A stretch of 63,899 nucleotides of DNA, filler included, from Octopus bimaculoides (GCF_001194135.2; 9 parts of 9 records of this genome joined end to end with filler, not necessarily neighbours in it), one strand, 5' to 3'; positions 1 through 9,912 are shown, counted from the first letter of the whole stretch. Made by a program: numbers and translations. The notes: a model not told the origin generated them from the letters alone.

Positions 1-32
1 TATATATATATATATAAATATATATATACATA

Positions 33-68
<36 letters not shown>

Positions 69-77
69 ATGTATATA

Positions 78-242
78 GGTGCAGGCGTGAGTCTGTGGTA
101 AGAAGTTTGCTTCTCAGCCACATGGTTCCAGGTTCAGTCCCATTGGGCAACGCCTTGAGCAAGAATCTTCAACTATAGTTCTGGGCTGACCCAAGCTTTG
201 TCAGTGGATTTGGTAGATGGAAACTGAAAGAAGCCCATCATA
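78..242 (+). mobile_element. tRNA-derived SINE, family A head (CORE-like, octopus OK/OR type), degenerate
   Basis: Matches the head of the full copy at 6264-6672: B-box-like GGTTCAGTCCC, CCTTGAGCAAG core, GTGGATTTGGTAGATGGAAACTGAAAGAAGCCC end. Confidence 0.85.
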
Positions 243-267
243 TATCTACAGATGTGTGTGTGTGTGT

Positions 268-565
268 ATCATCAACATCATCATCATCATTTAACACCTG
301 TTTTCCATGCTGAAACGAGTTGGACGGTTTGAGATCTGGAGAGCCAGCGGCTGCAGCAGGCTCCAATCTGATCTGGCAATGTTTCTACAGCTGGATGCAC
401 TTCCTAATGCCAACCATTCCGATGTCTTCCTAGGTCTACCTCTTCCACAGGTTCCCTCCACAGTTAGGGAGTGGCATTTCCTCACACAGCTATCCCCATC
501 CATACGTGACACATGACCATACCAGTGCAGTCGTCTCTCTTTAGATTGCTAAATCTCCTTCTCTC
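268..565 (-). mobile_element. RTE-clade LINE 3' fragment, internally deleted (ORF end fused to 3' UTR tail ending in (GAT)n)
   Basis: The minus strand reads ERRLHWYGHVSRMDGDSCVRKCHSLTVEGTCGRGRPRKT, a typical RTE ORF C-terminus. It runs straight into the TGGTTGGCATTAGGAAG...GTTAAATGATGATGAT tail also seen at 4013-4217 and 5190-5415. Confidence 0.8.
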
Positions 566-974
566 TGTCATCTCTCTCTCTGTCTCTCTCTCTCTCTCTC
601 TCTGTCTTTTACACTTCCTCCTCTCTCTATATATTTACTACACTCTCTCTCACTCTTTCTTCTTATATGTTTGTCTCTCACGCATACTCCCTCCCCACTC
701 TTTCTTGATACATGTAATTGCTTTCATTTTGTTTAAAACTTTGTCCCTGAAATGTTTGCTATCATTTTGTGATAGACAGCTATCATGCAGAAAATGCTAG
801 CTTCCAAATCCTGTTTTCTGATTGAGTTAAAATGATCAAACTTTAAACATCTGTAACATTTTTCTCAAATTTTTCAGAAATAAATGAACCACAAAATCAG
901 ATTCCGCATGAAGAATTTCCTCAATATATCAAATCTTATAATTTTCACTTAAATTTAAATTTCAAAATCTGTAA

Positions 975-1300
975 ATTATTTACATTTGATGGATATTTGT
1001 CCTCATTTTGTTTGTTGTTAACACAACGTTTCGGCTGATGGCGTAGAGATTAAGAGCGCGGGCTACTAACCCCAAGATTCCGAGTTCGATTCCAGGCAGT
1101 GACCTGAATAACAATAATGATAATAATAATAATAATTATATCGAAAAATGCATGAGAACCCAGGTTCGAAATTTCCCCAAGACACCTGATGAAGGCTGGA
1201 GGGTATATCAGCCGAAACGTTATGTTAACAACAAACAAGATGAGGACAAATATCCATCAAATGTAAATAATGTAAATAATTCCTCATCTCTTAAATATAA
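975..1300 (+). mobile_element. Non-autonomous element: tRNA-like Pol III head + (AAT)n + hammerhead-containing PLE-like tail, with 65-bp inverted 5' duplication
   Basis: A-box-like TGGCGTAGAGA at 1039-1049 and B-box GAGTTCGATTCC at 1082-1093. The segment AGAGCGCGGGCTACTAACCCCAAGATTCC resembles a tRNA-Ile anticodon/variable arm. Hammerhead at 1181-1226. Arms 975-1039 and 1207-1271 are inverted (63/65 identical). A second copy lies at 52755-53104. Confidence 0.8.
1181..1226 (+). ncRNA. Minimal type I hammerhead ribozyme motif
   Basis: GACAC-CTGATGA-A-GGCTG-(GAGGGTATAT)-CAGCC-GAAAC-GTT-ATGTT. It has the conserved CUGAUGA and GAAA cores, a 5-bp helix II and a palindromic ACGT helix III. Helix I pairs GACAC with GTGTT; this copy has A for the first G, but its inverted arm at 1021-1039 keeps GTGTT. 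Confidence 0.75.
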
Positions 1301-1580
1301 AACAAAATTTTACATAATTTGATATTTAATTAAAGCTTGAAGAACAGCTTAAAAGACGTAATGCAAAGGGAGACAAATGCTATTTTAATAGTTGTCTCCC
1401 CTGTTTAGTGTTAATTGTCGTGTTAATTATAATTTCATTTTAACAAACGCATTTAACATAACATGACTTCGTATCCTCTTTAAAAAGCAGGATCAAATAG
1501 TCATGAACATTAGAAATACATATAAAAACAGATATACAAGTTGAAGTGTTTTACGACAGTCCGAAAAACCTTCGTCCTTT

Positions 1581-1588
1581 CGCATGCG
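1581..1588. promoter_or_regulatory. Palindromic CGCATGCG (NRF-1-like core) just upstream of the MALSU1 ATG
   Basis: Lies about 35 nt before ATG 1623 in a CpG-containing stretch; partial match to the NRF-1 consensus. Confidence 0.25.
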
Positions 1589-1622
1589 GTTCCTGTGTTT
1601 GTTTTGGACATTTTAATTAACC

Positions 1623-2232
1623 ATGTCGATCACCTTTATTAAACTATCAAGGCTGTTCAACCAAACCAAACATTTTATGAATATTACACCTCTTAGATGT
1701 AATATCTTGTCTTTCCTTCGGATATCTCGACTCCAGTCTACGTATAAAACTTTTCCTGTTGCGAATTATAATCGTTTCTGTAGTGGAAGTCATGGCAAGG
1801 TTTCTCCTTTCTTGTATTGGGAATCCTTTATTCCAATTTCTCAAATGACTTTATTAAATCGATGTCAGAGTTGTTATTATTCTTCTTCTTCGACAAATAA
1901 CGGTTCTGATGATTACAACGATTCGTTTAAAGAATTCGACAATGATCCGGAAATCCAATCACTTTTGCAAAACATCAAAGACGATTTCAAAGTTTTCACC
2001 AACGAAGATTTAGACGAGAATAATGTCACAGTTTCAGAAAACGTCAATTCCAAGGCCAAAAGGCTTTATGATTCCAATGTAATCAGATTTGAATCTGAAT
2101 CAGATTCGGGAAGTTCCGAAGAATCCGATGATTCCGACATCGAAGATTTTCTGGATTCTGGATTTATGGCTGATGATACAGAAATCGAAGAATTCGAAAT
2201 CCCGCAATACGTACCACCGATTGAATTGAAAA
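1623..2232 (+). CDS. MALSU1: MALSU1 coding exon 1 (mitochondrial presequence-like N-terminus plus long acidic region)
   Basis: 203-codon open frame from ATG 1623 with no D/E in the first 66 residues. Donor AAAA|gtaatg at 2233 (phase 1) joins exon 2 to give ...PIELK-R-GKTGVFD, the usual start of the metazoan RsfS domain. Confidence 0.85.
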
Positions 2233-2730
2233 GTAATGTTTTGCTTTCTTTAATTACTCTTTAATTAAAGTTTCAGCTTCTTAATTATTAACCATAATTC
2301 TACATTTCATCTTGTTTAAACCATCTTTTGTTTGAAGATAGTTCTTGTTTTTCTTAGACTCATTGATAAATGTTGCGTAAATTGTNNNNNNNNNNNNNNN
2401 NNNNNNNNNNNNNNNNNNNNNNNNNNNNNNNNNNNNNNNNNNNNNNNNNNNNNNNNNNNNNNNNNNNNNNNNNNNNNNNNNNNNNNNNNNNNNNNNNNNN
2501 NNNNNNNNNNNNNNNNNNNNNNNNNNNNNNNNNNNNNNNNNNNNNNNNNNNNNNNNNNNNNNNNNNNNNNNNNNNNNNNNNNNNNNNNNNNNNNNNNNNN
2601 NNNNNNNNNNNNNNNNNNNNNNNNNNNNNNNNNNNNNNNNNNNNNNNNNNNNNNNNNNNNNNNNNNNNNNNNNNNNNNNNNNNNNNNNNNNNNNNNNNNN
2701 NNNNNNNNCCAACAATAACATTATCTCATA

Positions 2731-3112
2731 GTGGAGGCGCAATGGCCCATTAGTTAGGGCAGTGGACTCGCGGTCATAGGATCGCGGTTTCGATTCCCAG
2801 ACCGAGCGTTGTGAGTGTTTATTGAGCGAAAACACCTAAAATTCCACGAGGCTCCGGCAGGAGATGGTGGCGAACCCTGCTGTACTCTTTCAGCACAACT
2901 TTATCTCACTCTTTCTTCCTGTTTCTGTTGTGCCTGTAATTCAAAGGGCCAGCCTTGTCACACTGTGTCACGCTGAATATCCCCGAGAACTACGTTAAGG
3001 GTACACGTGTCTGTGGAGTGCTCAGCCACTTGCACATTAATTTCACGAGCAGGCTGTTCCGTTGATTGGATCAACCGGAACCCTCGACGTCGTAAGCGAC
3101 GGAGTGCCAACA
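2731..3112 (+). mobile_element. Full-length young tRNA-derived SINE, family C, with target-site duplication
   Basis: A-box-like TGGCCCATTAG and B-box-like GTTTCGATTCC. The flanking direct repeat CCAACAATAACATTATCTCATAG is at 2709-2731 and 3107-3129. CpGs are intact. Confidence 0.85.
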
Positions 3113-3334
3113 ATAACATTATCTCATAGCTTTGAGATTTCAATGATGTGATTGCTTATTTTTAGAATGACATGGTAGGGTAGGTATAGGAAGCTGGATC
3201 TAGCCCGTTGAACATAAAATAGTTGGGCCTGATTACAGTATCATGGTAATCATCCTGGCTGTCAAATATTGTTATACATCACTGGTCACAGTGTACTTTG
3301 AATTGTTTTAGCTTTTGGATGACACCACTGCTTC

Positions 3335-3890
3335 AAGAACTGCTTGAAGAATTGAATGTTACTGAAGACTTCAAGAACCTAGGTGGTTGGGTTAGCAGTT
3401 TGGAAGCAGACATGAAGACCGGGAAGGCTTAAGCATGGGCAGCCTGTCACAAACTAAGAAAGGTCTGAAACTCCAAACTGCCCAGGCAAATCAGAATGAA
3501 GTTCTTCATTGCAACTGTAGAATCAGTGCCGTTATATGGCAGTGGAACATGGACACCGACAAAGAACTGATCAAACGGGCTAAATGGATGCTACACAGTG
3601 ATGCTATGAATGGCTGTAACATAAGACAACTGAATTACCTTTATGGAGACCTGCTAAAAGTTAGCCAGAAGGTCAAGCAAAGATGGCTGCAACAGTCTGG
3701 TCACTGCCTGTGCCACCCTGAACTGGAAGCATCCAAATTAGTCTTGTGGAACCCACTTCCTGGCGTTGAAAGAAGAGGAAAACATCATCACACATGCATC
3801 GCCAACTTGATTGCAGACATTGGCCTGGAATGTATCCAGGACTTTGAGGCAGTGATGCTGGACCGAGAAGTGTGGTGGGTGAACTGTATT
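3335..3890 (+). mobile_element. RTEX/RTE-type LINE 3' ORF fragment, pseudogenised
   Basis: Reads through stops and frameshifts as EDFKNLGGWV...KA*AWAACHKLRKV...FIATVESVPLYGSGTWT...LYGDLLKVSQKVKQRWLQQSGHCLCHPELEASKLVLWNP...DREVW, the RT thumb/C-terminus of RTEX-type elements. Confidence 0.8.
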
Positions 3891-4012
3891 GCTGCAGCTT
3901 GAGCTGGTAGTTGGATATAACAATAATAGTGACTAGGCAAACGGGCCATATTTCTCTCAATCACAAGGCTATTCCGATGATGATGATGATATATATATGT
4001 GTGTGTGTGTGT

Positions 4013-4217
4013 GTGCCAGTGCTGGTTCCACATGCAAAGCACCCAGTACAATTTGTAAAGTGGTTGGCATTCAAAAAGGCATCCAGCTGTAGAAACCATG
4101 CCAAAACAAGACAAATGGAACCTGTTGTAGCTCTCTGGGTTGCCAGATCTTGTCAGACCGTCCAACCCATCCAGCATCAAAAACAGACATTAAATAATGA
4201 TGATGATGATGATGATG
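4013..4217 (+). mobile_element. RTE 3'-UTR-derived tail ending in (GAT)n
   Basis: GTGGTTGGCATTCAAAAAGGCATCCAGCTGTAGAAACCATGCC...CATTAAATAATGATGATGAT; same tail as 290-420. Confidence 0.75.
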
Positions 4218-4265
4218 AGTCAAGTAATACAAATAAAAATTGCATTACTGTGACTCCCCCCCCCC

Positions 4266-4665
4266 TCATTATCATCATCATTTAATGTCCTCTCTCCATG
4301 CTGGCATGATTTGGACAGTTCGACGGACTGATTAGTCAGGGGACTGCATCAAAATCCACTGTCTACTTTGGCACAGTTTCTATGGCTGGATACCTTTCCT
4401 GAAGACAGTCATGGAAATAAAGGACATGCTTTTATTGCCTCCATTTCACTTAACTGGATGGGTCTTCTCAGGCACAACAAATCCTCTCATTCTTTTGTCA
4501 TCTCATCTGTCAACTTCTTTAGATCATTTTTCACCACTTAAACCCAAGTCTTCCTGGCTTTTCCTCTTCCACATGTTCCCTCCACATTTAGAGATTGGCA
4601 CTTCATCCATACACATTACATGATCATACCAGTGCTGTCTTCTCTCTTGTACACTACAGAGTGCG
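4266..4665 (-). mobile_element. RTE LINE 3' fragment with tail
   Basis: The minus strand reads CSVQERRQHWYDHVMCMDE, followed by the RTE tail ending in (GAT)n at 4266-4405. Confidence 0.7.
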
Positions 4666-5065
4666 TAAGGTATTTGAGGACATACCTTTTTTGGGTCATT
4701 GTTGCATATTTTGCTAACTCTGGACAGTCTTTGTTTCAGAAAATAGTAATGGTAGATCCTCAGCTTACTCAAAAAATGAGCTGTTGTTGTGGTTATAAAG
4801 GTTTTGTTTGTTCTGGTGTCATAGTGGAAGATACTTTCCCAAGGTGTTGTGCAGTGGAACTGAACCCAGAACTACATGGCGTAGAAGTAATCTTCTTAAC
4901 CACATAGACATGCCTCCACCTATGCAGTGTAGCTAAATAATCTAAATAAAAGATAGGATGGCCACTGCTGGAACAATTTTCAGCCTGTTTAGAGCTGATG
5001 CTGTCATTTAAAAAAACGGAAGAACAGACGAGATAATGTAGTCCATGATGCAGTCTGTCTTAAAC

Positions 5066-5494
5066 CAGTGGGTCTCGACTAGGGTTCATATGACTTTTAG
5101 GGATTCATGTAAGATTTTGTTGTTAAAATTTATGTGCCACAAATTGGTTATATTTGTAGAATACACAAAATATTTTAACAATTATGTTTATAAAATTCCG
5201 GGGCTGGTGCCGCGTAAAAGGTACTCTTGCCAATGCCACGTAAAAGCTCTGGTTCTGGTGCCCTGTATAAAGCAGCCAGCACACTCTGTAAAGTGGCTGG
5301 CGTTAGGAGGAGTATCCAGCCATAGAAACCATGCCAAAACAGACAGGAGCCCGGTCAGCTCCTGTCAAACCGTTCAGTCCATACCAGCAGGGAAAACGGA
5401 CGTTAAATGATAATGATCGAATGTCTGCGGGGGTCCGTCTGTGTAAAATAGAAATCAAAGGCGTCCACAAGTAAAAAATGGTTGAGAACCAACG
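5066..5494. mobile_element. hAT-type MITE with an RTE tail (5190-5415) inserted inside
   Basis: The left end CAGTGGGTCTCGACT and right end GGTTGAGAACCAACG resemble the CAGTGGTTCTCAACC-type TIR of Charlie-like MITEs. The 8-bp flanks TCTTAAAC/ATCTAAAT are only partly alike. Confidence 0.55.
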
Positions 5495-6098
5495 ATCTAA
5501 ATAAAAGATTGTTGGGACACTTTACATCGTTTGGGAAGCGAGTTAAGAAGCTACGTAGTAGTAACGGAATTGTCTCCCTTGTATCATGTCGCTGCTATGT
5601 GAAAAGCATCGTAAAGTGTTTCTTTCGATTAGGCAAAAATGAACCGTTTAATTAGTGTAACTAGTCTTAGTAATATTTGAACCCGGAATGTAGAAGGACA
5701 GAGTAAATACAAGTATTTTAGTCATATATTCTGTCGCTTCTGCCAGCTTAGTTTTTGATGGAGTCTCTACGGCGTTTTCCTGACTTGCAAGATAGAGGAG
5801 CTAAATCTCCCTCAAATTCTGCATTATCATCTAAATAAAGACAATGTGATCCGAGATAGTACCTGTCTGAATGAAAAATGAAACGGTTATACATTGATGG
5901 GACGTCTATGAACGCAGGTCCTTCTCGCTGTCACTGCTTATCTGGAATTAACCAACTACTCACAAATCGTAGATGAAACGTTTCTGAGAAGTGTGCGTTC
6001 CCTTAATATGTATGGTGTGTGTATTTTATATTTAGCTATATCTAAGTACATTACTGCTCAGTCCTTTTGAGCAGGGGTCGGTACTACTTAAATACAAA

Positions 6099-6219
6099 GG
6101 TCCAGACGCATCTACGTAACCCGAACCTAAAAACTAACCCCAAACTGACACTGACCCTAAAACTAACCCTAACGAGGGTGCACTGTAAAAACATAGCGTT
6201 ACGTAGATGTATCGGGACC
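6099..6219. repeat. Small palindromic element with a degenerate (CCCTAA)-like interior
   Basis: Arms GGTCCAGACGCATCTACGTAAC (6099-6120) and GTTACGTAGATGTATCGGGACC (6198-6219) are reverse complements at 19/22. The interior is CCGAACCTAAAAACTAACCCCAAACTGACACTGACCCTAAAACTAACCCTAAC. Confidence 0.7.
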
Positions 6220-6263
6220 GAGTGTCTATGTTTCTGTAATTTAGCAGTTCGGCAAGAGAGATT

Positions 6264-6672
6264 ACTCTTTACTCTTTACTTGTTTTAGTCATTTGACTGT
6301 GGCCATGCTGGAGCATCGCCTTTAGTCGAGCAAATCGACCCCAGGACTTATTCTTTGGAAGCCTAGTACTTATTCTATTGGTCCCTTCTGCCGAACCGCT
6401 AGGTTACGAGGACGTAAACACACCAGCATCGGTTGTCAAGCGATGTTGGGGGGTGGGACAAACACAGACACACAAACACACACACACATACATATATACA
6501 TATATACGACGGGGTTCTTTCAGTTTCCATCTACCAAATCCACTCACAAGGCTTTGGTTGGTCCGAGGCTGTAGTAGAAGACACTTGCCCAAGGTGCCAC
6601 GCAGTGGGACTGAACCCGGAACCATGTGGCTGGTAAGCAAGCTACTTACCACACAGCCACTCCTGCGCCTAC
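6264..6672 (-). mobile_element. Full-length family A composite SINE (tRNA/CORE-like head + (TA)n(TG)n + tail + (TAAAGAG)n)
   Basis: Reverse complement has A-box TGGCTGTGTGG, B-box GGTTCAGTCCC, CCTTGGGCAAGTGTCTT, a microsatellite, then CTTGACAACCG...GAATAAGTACTAGG...CCTGGGGTCGAT...CAGCATGGCC. Many further copies are in the window. Confidence 0.9.
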
Positions 6673-6781
6673 AATAGATTGGTAGCATAAGTACCGGGGT
6701 TGATCTGTTTTACCAGATACTAAAAAAGCAGTGTCCCAGCATGGCCACATTCATCTAATATTTCTTTTATTTAATTGACAG

Positions 6782-6960
6782 GAGGGAAAACTGGTGTCTT
6801 TGACCTTGATGAACTTGTCACAGTTTTGAACGAAGAGAATGCCAGGGACTTGTGTGTAATCAGTGTTCCTGCTCATATCAACTATGTGGACTACCTTGTA
6901 TTGGTCAATGGAATATCTCCAAGACATATTAAGGCCATGGCTGAGCTTATGAAATGGCTG
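6782..6960 (+). CDS. MALSU1: MALSU1 coding exon 2 (RsfS/Iojap domain N-terminal half)
   Basis: tttaattgacag|GAGGG...TGGCTG|gtaagt. Encodes GKTGVFDLDELVTVLNEENARDLCVISVPAHINYVDYLVLVNGISPRHIKAMAELMKWL, matching the ENARDIC...Y.DY.V.V.G.S.RH..AMA pattern of MALSU1. Confidence 0.93.
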
Positions 6961-7574
6961 GTAAGTCCTCTACTTTTCTCACTTTGTTTCGCTCATTCGA
7001 CCGTGGTCTTGCTGAGGCTTAACCCTCTAACATTCAGATTATTCCTGAGGCGCACTGATTAACCAGCTGGAGGTGGAGTCCTCCTGGGGGTTAAAACAAC
7101 AGTATTGCCTGTTCTTAAAGAACAGCCATGTTTAAGTGGCAATAAACTGTACTCCTCAGCGTGAATTCTTCCCCTGTCTCTATTAGAGATTTCCTTAACA
7201 GGTTAGTTTTCCTACAAACGTAATGTCTATTTATTCATGGTGTTTTGAATGAATTAGGCATTGTCCTTTAGCTTTGAGAGTTCAACGATGTGATCGTTGC
7301 ATTTCTAGAATGACATTGTAGGAGATCTGTCCAGTTTCAACATAAAACAATTAGAATATTCGGACCTGATACAGACAGTTTAAATGCTGAAGGGTCAAAC
7401 CTCAAAAGGTTTTTGTTGGTCGTTGATGATGATGATGATATCAATCTCGGGACTTATTGTTAACGTTGATCCTTATTACAATAAAAGTTATTCATAGAGG
7501 TTGCCTAAAAAAAGGGTTTAAATATGTTCTATTTTTTCCTGTCACCTTATTACCTCTATCTCAGATGATGGTGA

Positions 7575-7950
7575 CGAAACTTGTTTCCCAACCAAATGTT
7601 TCTTGGTTCAGTCCCACTGCATGGCGCCTTGGGTGTCTTCCATTATAGTCTTGGGCCAATCAAAGCCTTGTGAGTGGATTTGGTAGATGGAAACTGAAAG
7701 AAGCCCATCGTATATATATGTATATGCGTGTATGTGTATGTGTGTCCACCACCACCATTTGACAACCGGTGTTGGTGTGTTTACATCCCCATAACTTAGC
7801 AGTTCAGCAAAAGGGACTGACAGAATAAATACCAGGCTTATAAAAAGGTAAAAACAAAACGCTCTGGGGTCGATTCATTTGACTGAAAGATTCATGAAGA
7901 CAGTGCCCCAGCATGGCCACAGTCAGTGACTGAAACAAATAAGAGATAAA
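7575..7950 (+). mobile_element. Family A composite SINE
   Basis: Same head, microsatellite and tail order as 6264-6672, with CpGs mostly decayed. Confidence 0.85.
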
Positions 7951-8647
7951 CGGGTGAAGAAAGGCCAATGATATTTACCATTTTTTTCTTCCTCGGCATT
8001 AACTATTTGATGGCTTTGGAACCCCGACACATCATAGTTTTGGCCTCTTTTCATCAACAGAATCTTCAAAAAGGACGACACAAAATAAGTGTAATTACAT
8101 ATTAGATCTGGAAGTTACTGTCCTCTCTGGCTGTCAGTAATGGATAACATGCATGATGGGTGCGTCTGTGTGTGTGTGTGTGTGAAGGATTTGTTATCCA
8201 AGTTTCCTTCAGTTGACAAGCGTCTGACACTGGTTAAATGCCAGACTGAATAACCTCTGAACTTTTCTAATTTAACACAATTGGTGAAGTGTGACTTCCA
8301 ACAGATGGCAGCATGGCAGCATCTCAGTCTGTTTTGGTTAGGAGTGAAATGTTACGGTGGATTGCATTTACCCTGTTACTGGGATCTATTATATATATGT
8401 GTGCATGTGTGTGTGTATACATATACACACAGATATATATACATAATGTATATTATATATATATATATGATATATGTATATATATATATATATATGATAT
8501 ATGTATATATATATATATATATGATATATGTATATATATATATATATNNNNNNNNNNNNNNNNNNNNNNNNNNNNNNNNNNNNNNNNNNNNTTAATTAAT
8601 TAANNNNNNNNNNNNNNNNNNNNNNNNNNNNNNNNNNNNNNNNNNNN

Positions 8648-9762
8648 TAATGGACACACCTAGCGTCATAGCATCATAATTTTGAAATATCTATAAAGCC
8701 GTCAAAAGCTTGTTTATTTTTATGTCTTTTGATTTATTATTAGTGTTGCTAAATGTATTTTGCTAAATTTGCTGTTTCTTTGCAGATATCATCAGAAAAA
8801 CGTAATTAAGTAAATGACAGATCTATCGGAGTTTCAAAGAGGTCAAATTCTTGGTGTTTGTATGGCAGGTGCTAGCGTAACGAAAACAGCCGAAATGTTT
8901 GGTGTATCAAGAAGTACTGTCTCAAAAGTAATGACAGCCTTTGAGAAAGAGGGAAAAACCTCCTCGTCGAAACAAAACTCTGAAAGAAAACCAAAACTTT
9001 CAGATACGGACCGTCGGACTCTTACGCGAATTGTTAGAAAGGATCACAAAAGTACAGCTCCCAAAATTACTACAGAGCTTAATGACCACCTCGAGAACCC
9101 AGTTTGCACAAAAACTGTTCGCCGGGAGCTGCACATAGCCGGATTTCATGGATGGGCTGCAATCAGAAAACCACTACTTTCAAAAACAAACGTTGCAAAA
9201 CGTTTAGAGTGGAGTAAAAACCTACAGACTTGGTCCCTAGAACAGTGGAAGAAAGTTATTTTCTCGGACAAGTCATCCTTTACCTTATTTCCGACCACCG
9301 GCCGAGTATACGCGTGGAGACAAGCCAAAAGAAGCATTTGACCCAGACTGCCTTCTTCCAACTGTTAAACATGGAGGAAGATCTGAGATGATCTGGGGGG
9401 TGGGCTATATCTTGGAAATCTGCCGGCCCAATGGTTTCCCTTCATGGCAGAATTAATAGTGAAAACTATTTAAGCATTTTATCTGATCAAATTCAACCTA
9501 TGGTTGCGGAACTGTTTCCGGAGAGAAACGCAATCTTTCAGGATGATAATGCACCAATTCACACAGCTAAAGTTGTTACTGAATGGCACGAGGAATATTC
9601 TAGAGAAGTTGAACATCTTATCTGGCTACCACAGTACCCAGATCTCAATATTTTTAAACATTTATGGTGCATTTTAGAAAAACAAGTAAGGAGTCGATAT
9701 CCTTCACCATCATCTCTACAAGAACTGGAGACTGTTTTAACTGAAGAATAGACAAAAGTTCC
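8648..9762 (+). mobile_element. Tc1/mariner (Tc1-like) transposon, copy 1, frameshifted, 3' end replaced by a SINE tail
   Basis: ORF 8814-9341 has a paired-like HTH (MTDLSEFQRGQILG...FGVSRSTVSKV) and WKKVIFSDKS; it continues GGRSEMIWG, FQDDNAPIH, PDLNIFKHLW. The inner part of the TIR, TAATGGACACACC, abuts the gap. Confidence 0.95.
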
Positions 9763-9764
9763 TT

Positions 9765-9912
9765 CCCCCACCACCGCTTGACAACCGGTGCTGGTGTGTT
9801 TACGTCTCCGTAACTAGCAGTTCGGCAAAAAAGACCAATAGAATAAGTATGATGCTTTAAAAAAGTCTTAGGGTCGATTTGTACTAATGACTGAAACAAA
9901 TAAGAGATAAAA
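9765..9912 (+). mobile_element. Family A SINE tail module
   Basis: CCACCGCTTGACAACCGGTGCTGGTGTGTTTACG...GAATAAGTATG...GACTGAAACAAATAAGAG. Confidence 0.8.

Noticed and set aside
1039-1100. tRNA gene
   Set aside because: A/B boxes and a tRNA-Ile-like arm are present, but there is no acceptor stem, the anticodon stem is broken and it is part of a dispersed repeat.
8548-8647. TTAATTAATTAA island flanked by N runs, recurring at about 8592, 15263, 29238, 34959, 47439, 55020, 58415 and 62248
   Set aside because: An identical 12-mer embedded in Ns with stops in all six frames is an artificial scaffolding spacer, not a biological repeat or CRISPR-like array.
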